Assembly: GCA_038258095.1 (NCBI GenBank)
Contig: JBBSQE010000001.1
Span: 1-54,733, forward strand
DNA: 54,733 nucleotides
Direction: 5' to 3'
From: Solirubrobacterales bacterium
GTDB taxonomy: Bacteria; Actinomycetota; Thermoleophilia; Solirubrobacterales; 70-9
Numbering within the stretch: the first letter of the stretch is position 1; each line of letters opens with the position of its first letter. The notes under the pieces are model-generated. The model did not search any database, was not told the DNA's origin, and saw only the letters and a list, made by a program, of their open reading frames with translations. Shown piece after piece: positions 51,416 to 54,733 of this stretch. The position numbers and the translations under genes are program-made.

Positions 51416-52596
51416 GCGACGACCTCGGCAACCGTCTCGACGACTCGATGGACCTGCTCGTCGGTCAGGTGGGGAAAGAGCGGGAGGTTGAACTGCTTCT
51501 GCGAAACGAGCTCCGTCTGGGGCAGCGACACATCCGGGAAACGCTCCCGGTACGCGCTGAACTCGTGGACACCGGTGTACATGGTCGTGGTCTGCACGCC
51601 CCGCTCCTTGAGGGCGGTGCGCACTCCGTTTCGGTCGCGGTCGCCGGACGCGATGACGCTCATCGAGTAGGCCGATGAGGTCTCGACCTGCTCGTCGGAG
51701 AACGGCACCGAGACCCCCTCGACCCCACCGAGGAGACCCCGGTACAGCCGGGTCAGCTCACGCCTGCGTTCGATCTCTCCGGGCAGGCGGGCGAACTTCG
51801 ATATCAGGAGGGCCGCACGGGGCTCATCCATCCGGTAGTTGAAGCCGAGAGCCGTCACGTCATAACCGCTGGCGTGGCCGCTGTGCCGGTCCATGGTGCC
51901 CGCCGACATCCCCTGGGAGCGGAGCAGGCGAGCCCGCTTGGCAACCTCGGGGTCGTCGGTGTTGAGGGCTCCGCCCTCACCGATGCCGAGAACCTTGTTC
52001 GGGAAGAAACTGAAGGCCCCGGTGGCGCCGAAGGTCCCGAGCCGCCGGCCGCTTGCCGTGGCGAACGGTGCGTGGGCCGCGTCTTCCATCAGGCCAAGGC
52101 CGTGCTCGGCACAGATTTCGGCGAGGCGCTCAGGCGAGGCGGCATAGCCCCCGTAATGCACCGGCACGATCGCCTTGGTCCGGGCAGTGATCAGGCTCTC
52201 GGCATGACTGGGGTCCATGCACAGGTCCTCGACACCGCAGATGTCGGCGAAGATCGGCGTGGCGCCCGTCTGCATGACCGTGGCCACAGTTGCGACGAAC
52301 GTGAATGAGGGCACGATGACCTCATCGCCCGGCCCTACCCCCATGCAGAGAAGGCCGAGATGAAGCGCCGTCGTGCAACTGGAGGTGGCGATGACGTGTC
52401 CACAGCCGAGGCTTTCCGCGAAGATTTCCTCGAACTCCTCGACTCGCGGGCCCATGGTCCACCAGCCCGAGCGGAGTGTCGCCTCGACCGCATCCAGGTC
52501 CTCCTGCTCGATCCTGAGGTCGAAGACCGGGATCGACGGTGCCGCTTCGTCGATCTGGCTGTCGGCATTTGTGGATGTGTCGGAGGGTGAGGTCAC
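51412..52596 (-). CDS. DegT/DnrJ/EryC1/StrS-family sugar aminotransferase (paralog)
   Basis: VIATSSCTTALHL, PLP-Lys block FSFFPNKVLGIGEGGAL and GFNYRMDEPRAALL. GTG start at 52594-52596. ATGA overlap with the downstream paralog. Confidence 0.85.
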   Translation of the reverse strand: MTSPSDTSTNADSQIDEAAPSIPVFDLRIEQEDLDAVEATLRSGWWTMGPRVEEFEEIFAESLGCGHVIATSSCTTALHLGLLCMGVGPGDEVIVPSFTFVATVATVMQTGATPIFADICGVEDLCMDPSHAESLITARTKAIVPVHYGGYAASPERLAEICAEHGLGLMEDAAHAPFATASGRRLGTFGATGAFSFFPNKVLGIGEGGALNTDDPEVAKRARLLRSQGMSAGTMDRHSGHASGYDVTALGFNYRMDEPRAALLISKFARLPGEIERRRELTRLYRGLLGGVEGVSVPFSDEQVETSSAYSMSVIASGDRDRNGVRTALKERGVQTTTMYTGVHEFSAYRERFPDVSLPQTELVSQKQFNLPLFPHLTDEQVHRVVETVAEVVA

Positions 52597-52621
52597 GTCT
52601 TTCCAAGATACGCTCGAGCGG

Positions 52622-53695
52622 ATGCGGATCCTCTACGTAATCGGCGCGCGCCCGAACTTCGTGAAGACCGCACCGGTCATCTCATCGCTGCGTGCCCGTC
52701 TGCCTGACGCGGGGCACGTGCTCGTTCACACCGGCCAGCACTACGACCGGCTGATGTCGGAGGTGTTCTTCGAAGAGCTCGGTGTGCCTGAGCCCGATCA
52801 CATGCTCCAGGTGGGGTCGGGCAGCCACGCCGAGCAGACCGCGCGGGTGATCGAACGCCTCGAGCCGGTCCTGCTCACCGAGAAGCCCGACCTAGTCATC
52901 GTGCCCGGCGACGTCAACTCGACGCTCGCGGCGGCGCTGACGGCGGTGAAACTCGGCATCCCCGTCGCCCATATCGAGGCCGGCCTGCGGCGCTTTGACC
53001 GCACGATGCCCGAGGAGGTGAACCGCGTCCTCGTCGACCAGATGTCCGACCACCTCTTCCTCCACTCGCCCGAGGCGGTCGACAACCTGGACCGCGAGGG
53101 CATCGCCGGCGACGGGATGCACATGGTCGGCAACACGATGATCGACACCCTCGTCGCCCTCGAGAGCCGTATCAGCGACGCCGGGACGGCGGAGCGATTG
53201 GGCATGAAGCCGGGTGGGTTCGTCCTCGTGACACTGCACCGCCCCGCTCTCGTGGACGGGCCGCTGTTGGGCGAGACGGCAGCGCAGCTCGCCGGGCTCG
53301 CGGCCGAGATGCCTGTCGTCTTCCCGGTCCATCCCCGTACCCGGAAGATGCTCGAGGGCACGGCTTCAGACGCGCCGCGTCTCCACCTCGTCGACCCCGT
53401 CGGCTACATCGACTTCCTCTCCCTCCAATCCGACGCCGCCGCCGTTCTCACCGACTCCGGCGGCATCCAGGAGGAGACGACCTACCTCGGCATCCCCTGC
53501 TTCACCCTGCGCGACAACACCGAGCGCCCGATCACCCTCACCTCTGGCACGAACACTCTGCTCGGCCTCAACCCCGCGGCGATCGCCGGCATCCCCGCGG
53601 CGCTCGAAGCTCGTTCGGGCGACGCGCCGCCGGTCCCACCGCTCTGGGACGGCAAGGCGTCGGAGCGGATCGCGGACGTGGTCGAAGGTCTGTAG
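52622..53695 (+). CDS. wecB: UDP-N-acetylglucosamine 2-epimerase (non-hydrolysing)
   Basis: ORF trimmed to the ATG at 52622 (MRILYVIGARPNFVK...). Contains HTGQHYD, GDVNSTLA, HIEAGLR and DSGGIQEE motifs. Confidence 0.88.
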   Translation: MRILYVIGARPNFVKTAPVISSLRARLPDAGHVLVHTGQHYDRLMSEVFFEELGVPEPDHMLQVGSGSHAEQTARVIERLEPVLLTEKPDLVIVPGDVNSTLAAALTAVKLGIPVAHIEAGLRRFDRTMPEEVNRVLVDQMSDHLFLHSPEAVDNLDREGIAGDGMHMVGNTMIDTLVALESRISDAGTAERLGMKPGGFVLVTLHRPALVDGPLLGETAAQLAGLAAEMPVVFPVHPRTRKMLEGTASDAPRLHLVDPVGYIDFLSLQSDAAAVLTDSGGIQEETTYLGIPCFTLRDNTERPITLTSGTNTLLGLNPAAIAGIPAALEARSGDAPPVPPLWDGKASERIADVVEGL

Positions 53696-54388
53696 CTACT
53701 TGGCCGCGGCTGCGGGGGTGTCGCCGTCGGCCGGCTCGGCGGGCTTGTCGTCCTTAGCCGGCTTGTCGTCCGTCGCGGGCTTGTCGTCCTTCGCCGCCTT
53801 CGCGTCATCGCCCTCGGCGGCCTGCTCGTCCTCCGCGCGCGCCGCGGTCGACGGCGCCACCAGCATGCTCATGTTGCGACCCTCCTGCAGGGGGTCCGAC
53901 TCGATGACGGCCAGTCCATCCAGATCGTCGAAGAGGCGCTTCAGAAGGGCTCGTCCCCGCTCGGGATGGGCTTGCTCGCGGCCCCGGAACATGATCGTGA
54001 CCTTGACCTTGTCGCCGTGGCGAAGGAAACGGATGACGTGGCCCTTCTTGGTCCCGTAGTCGTGGTCGGCGATCTTCGGACGGAGCTTGATTTCCCGCAC
54101 GTTGACCTGCTGCTGGTGCTTGCGGGCCTGCTTTTGCTTCTGCTCCTGCTCGTACTTGTACTTCGAGTAGTCGAGCAGGCGGGTGACCGGGGGCTTCGCG
54201 TCGGGAGCGACTTCGACGAGATCGAGGTCGACGGAACGGGCCTGCTCCAGCGCGTCGTCGATCGCGTGGATGCCGAGCTGCTCTCCGTCGGCTCCGATCA
54301 GGCGCACCTTGGACACGCGAATCCGCTCGTTGATCCGCGTGGAATCACGTTCGGGGGGACGCCGGTCGAACCTACGCGGGATCGGCAC
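53696..54388 (-). CDS. infC: Translation initiation factor IF-3 with a ~50-aa Asp/Lys/Ala-rich C-terminal extension
   Basis: [23 protein letters not shown] (N domain), [15 protein letters not shown] and [11 protein letters not shown] (C domain). GTG start. The tail contains DDKPA(T/K) repeats. Confidence 0.93.
   Translation of the reverse strand: MPIPRRFDRRPPERDSTRINERIRVSKVRLIGADGEQLGIHAIDDALEQARSVDLDLVEVAPDAKPPVTRLLDYSKYKYEQEQKQKQARKHQQQVNVREIKLRPKIADHDYGTKKGHVIRFLRHGDKVKVTIMFRGREQAHPERGRALLKRLFDDLDGLAVIESDPLQEGRNMSMLVAPSTAARAEDEQAAEGDDAKAAKDDKPATDDKPAKDDKPAEPADGDTPAAAAK
53742..53795 (-). repeat. 3 x 18-bp in-frame tandem repeat in the infC tail
   Basis: ggcttgtcgtcc recurs at 53742, 53760 and 53778 (period 18 bp), encoding DDKPAx units. 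Confidence 0.85.
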
Positions 54389-54534
54389 TAGCTGAGAGTG
54401 CTTCGGAGCTTCAAGAGGACGAGAGCTAGGTGCGAGGGCACGCGGGCGCTCAGTGGCGCGGTGTGGTTTGGGTGCCGTCAGTCAACTGAGGGGGAGTATA
54501 GACGCCGAGAGCCGTGAAGCAAGGCGAAGGGGTG

Positions 54535-54733
54535 TCAACTCCGTGACGGCTCTGCAAGAAGATGGCGTTCGGCCAGCTCGGCCGGAGTCATCGCGCCGAG
54601 CTCGCCCTCGTCATGGGAGCGCACGGCAACCTGCCCGGCCTCCTGCTCACGGTCCCCGACAACGAGCATGAAGGGGTAGCGGCCGAGCTCGGCGTCGCGG
54701 ATCTTGCGCCCGACGGACTCGGAGCGGTCGTCG
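54535..54733 (-). CDS. thrS: Threonine--tRNA ligase, C-terminal fragment (gene runs off the window end)
   Basis: Minus-strand translation ...GRKIRDAELGRYPFMLVVGDREQEAGQVAVRSHDEGELGAM... matches the ThrRS anticodon-binding-domain C-terminus. TGA at 54535-54537. Sits in the canonical position upstream of infC. Confidence 0.85.
   Translation of the reverse strand, partial: DDRSESVGRKIRDAELGRYPFMLVVGDREQEAGQVAVRSHDEGELGAMTPAELAERHLLAEPSRS

Noticed and set aside
54389-54534. The thrS-infC spacer considered for an L20 or T-box-type leader RNA and a promoter (TTGCTT-16 nt-TATACT on the minus strand, complement of 54495-54522).
   Set aside because: The hexamers are plausible but unverifiable by eye. 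No convincing conserved leader structure or specifier/T-box element was seen. Too weak to list as a feature.
1-54733. Defence systems, toxin-antitoxin pairs, prophage remnants, RiPP/NRPS/PKS clusters, and tRNA, rRNA or other structured ncRNA genes.
   Set aside because: No nuclease, helicase, ATPase, phage or thiotemplate signatures were recognised in any credible ORF. No non-coding gap exceeds about 300 bp, and none shows tRNA-like cloverleaf potential.

Overview
GC-rich chromosomal segment from what looks like a monoderm, actinobacterial-type organism, since it carries a sortase, an LPXTG-type substrate and an Rpf-like transglycosylase. There are no rRNA or tRNA genes, CRISPR arrays, transposases or integrases. 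Long shadow ORFs on the opposite strand or in other frames are the usual high-GC artefact and were ignored. Core genes, mostly on the minus strand: gltX, nfo, an acyl-CoA dehydrogenase, dnaE, argG, argD-argB-argJ-argC, pheT-pheS, a TrmH-family methyltransferase, rplT, rpmI, infC and the 3' end of thrS. Accessory content falls into four blocks. (1) A ~21 kb Wzx/Wzy-type surface-glycan cluster at 19.1-39.9 kb. It holds two Wzy_C (O-antigen-ligase-like) membrane proteins, a Wzz/BY-kinase, an AsnB-type amidotransferase, a secreted beta-helix protein, four GT4 glycosyltransferases, two SDR epimerase/dehydratases, a sugar nucleotidyltransferase, two methyltransferases, a DUF4091-like lipoprotein and a Wzx flippase. 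(2) A 4.5 kb amino-sugar cassette (wecB, two DegT aminotransferases, a CelD-like GNAT) wedged between infC and rpmI. (3) A class E-type sortase, a small LPFTG-anchored protein and mucin-like Thr/Pro-rich and Pro-rich coiled-coil proteins at 14.6-19.1 kb. (4) A small block of hypothetical genes between the acyl-CoA dehydrogenase and dnaE. The best candidate for something new is a Wzy_C-TPR fusion gene sitting 39 nt upstream, same strand, of a tiny Ser/Thr/Pro-rich LPFTG protein. This may be a protein O-glycosylation or wall-anchored glycan-carrier module. Two canonical operons (infC-rpmI-rplT and argCJBD...G) are physically split by glycan genes. All functional calls rest on motif recognition by eye; no database search was run.
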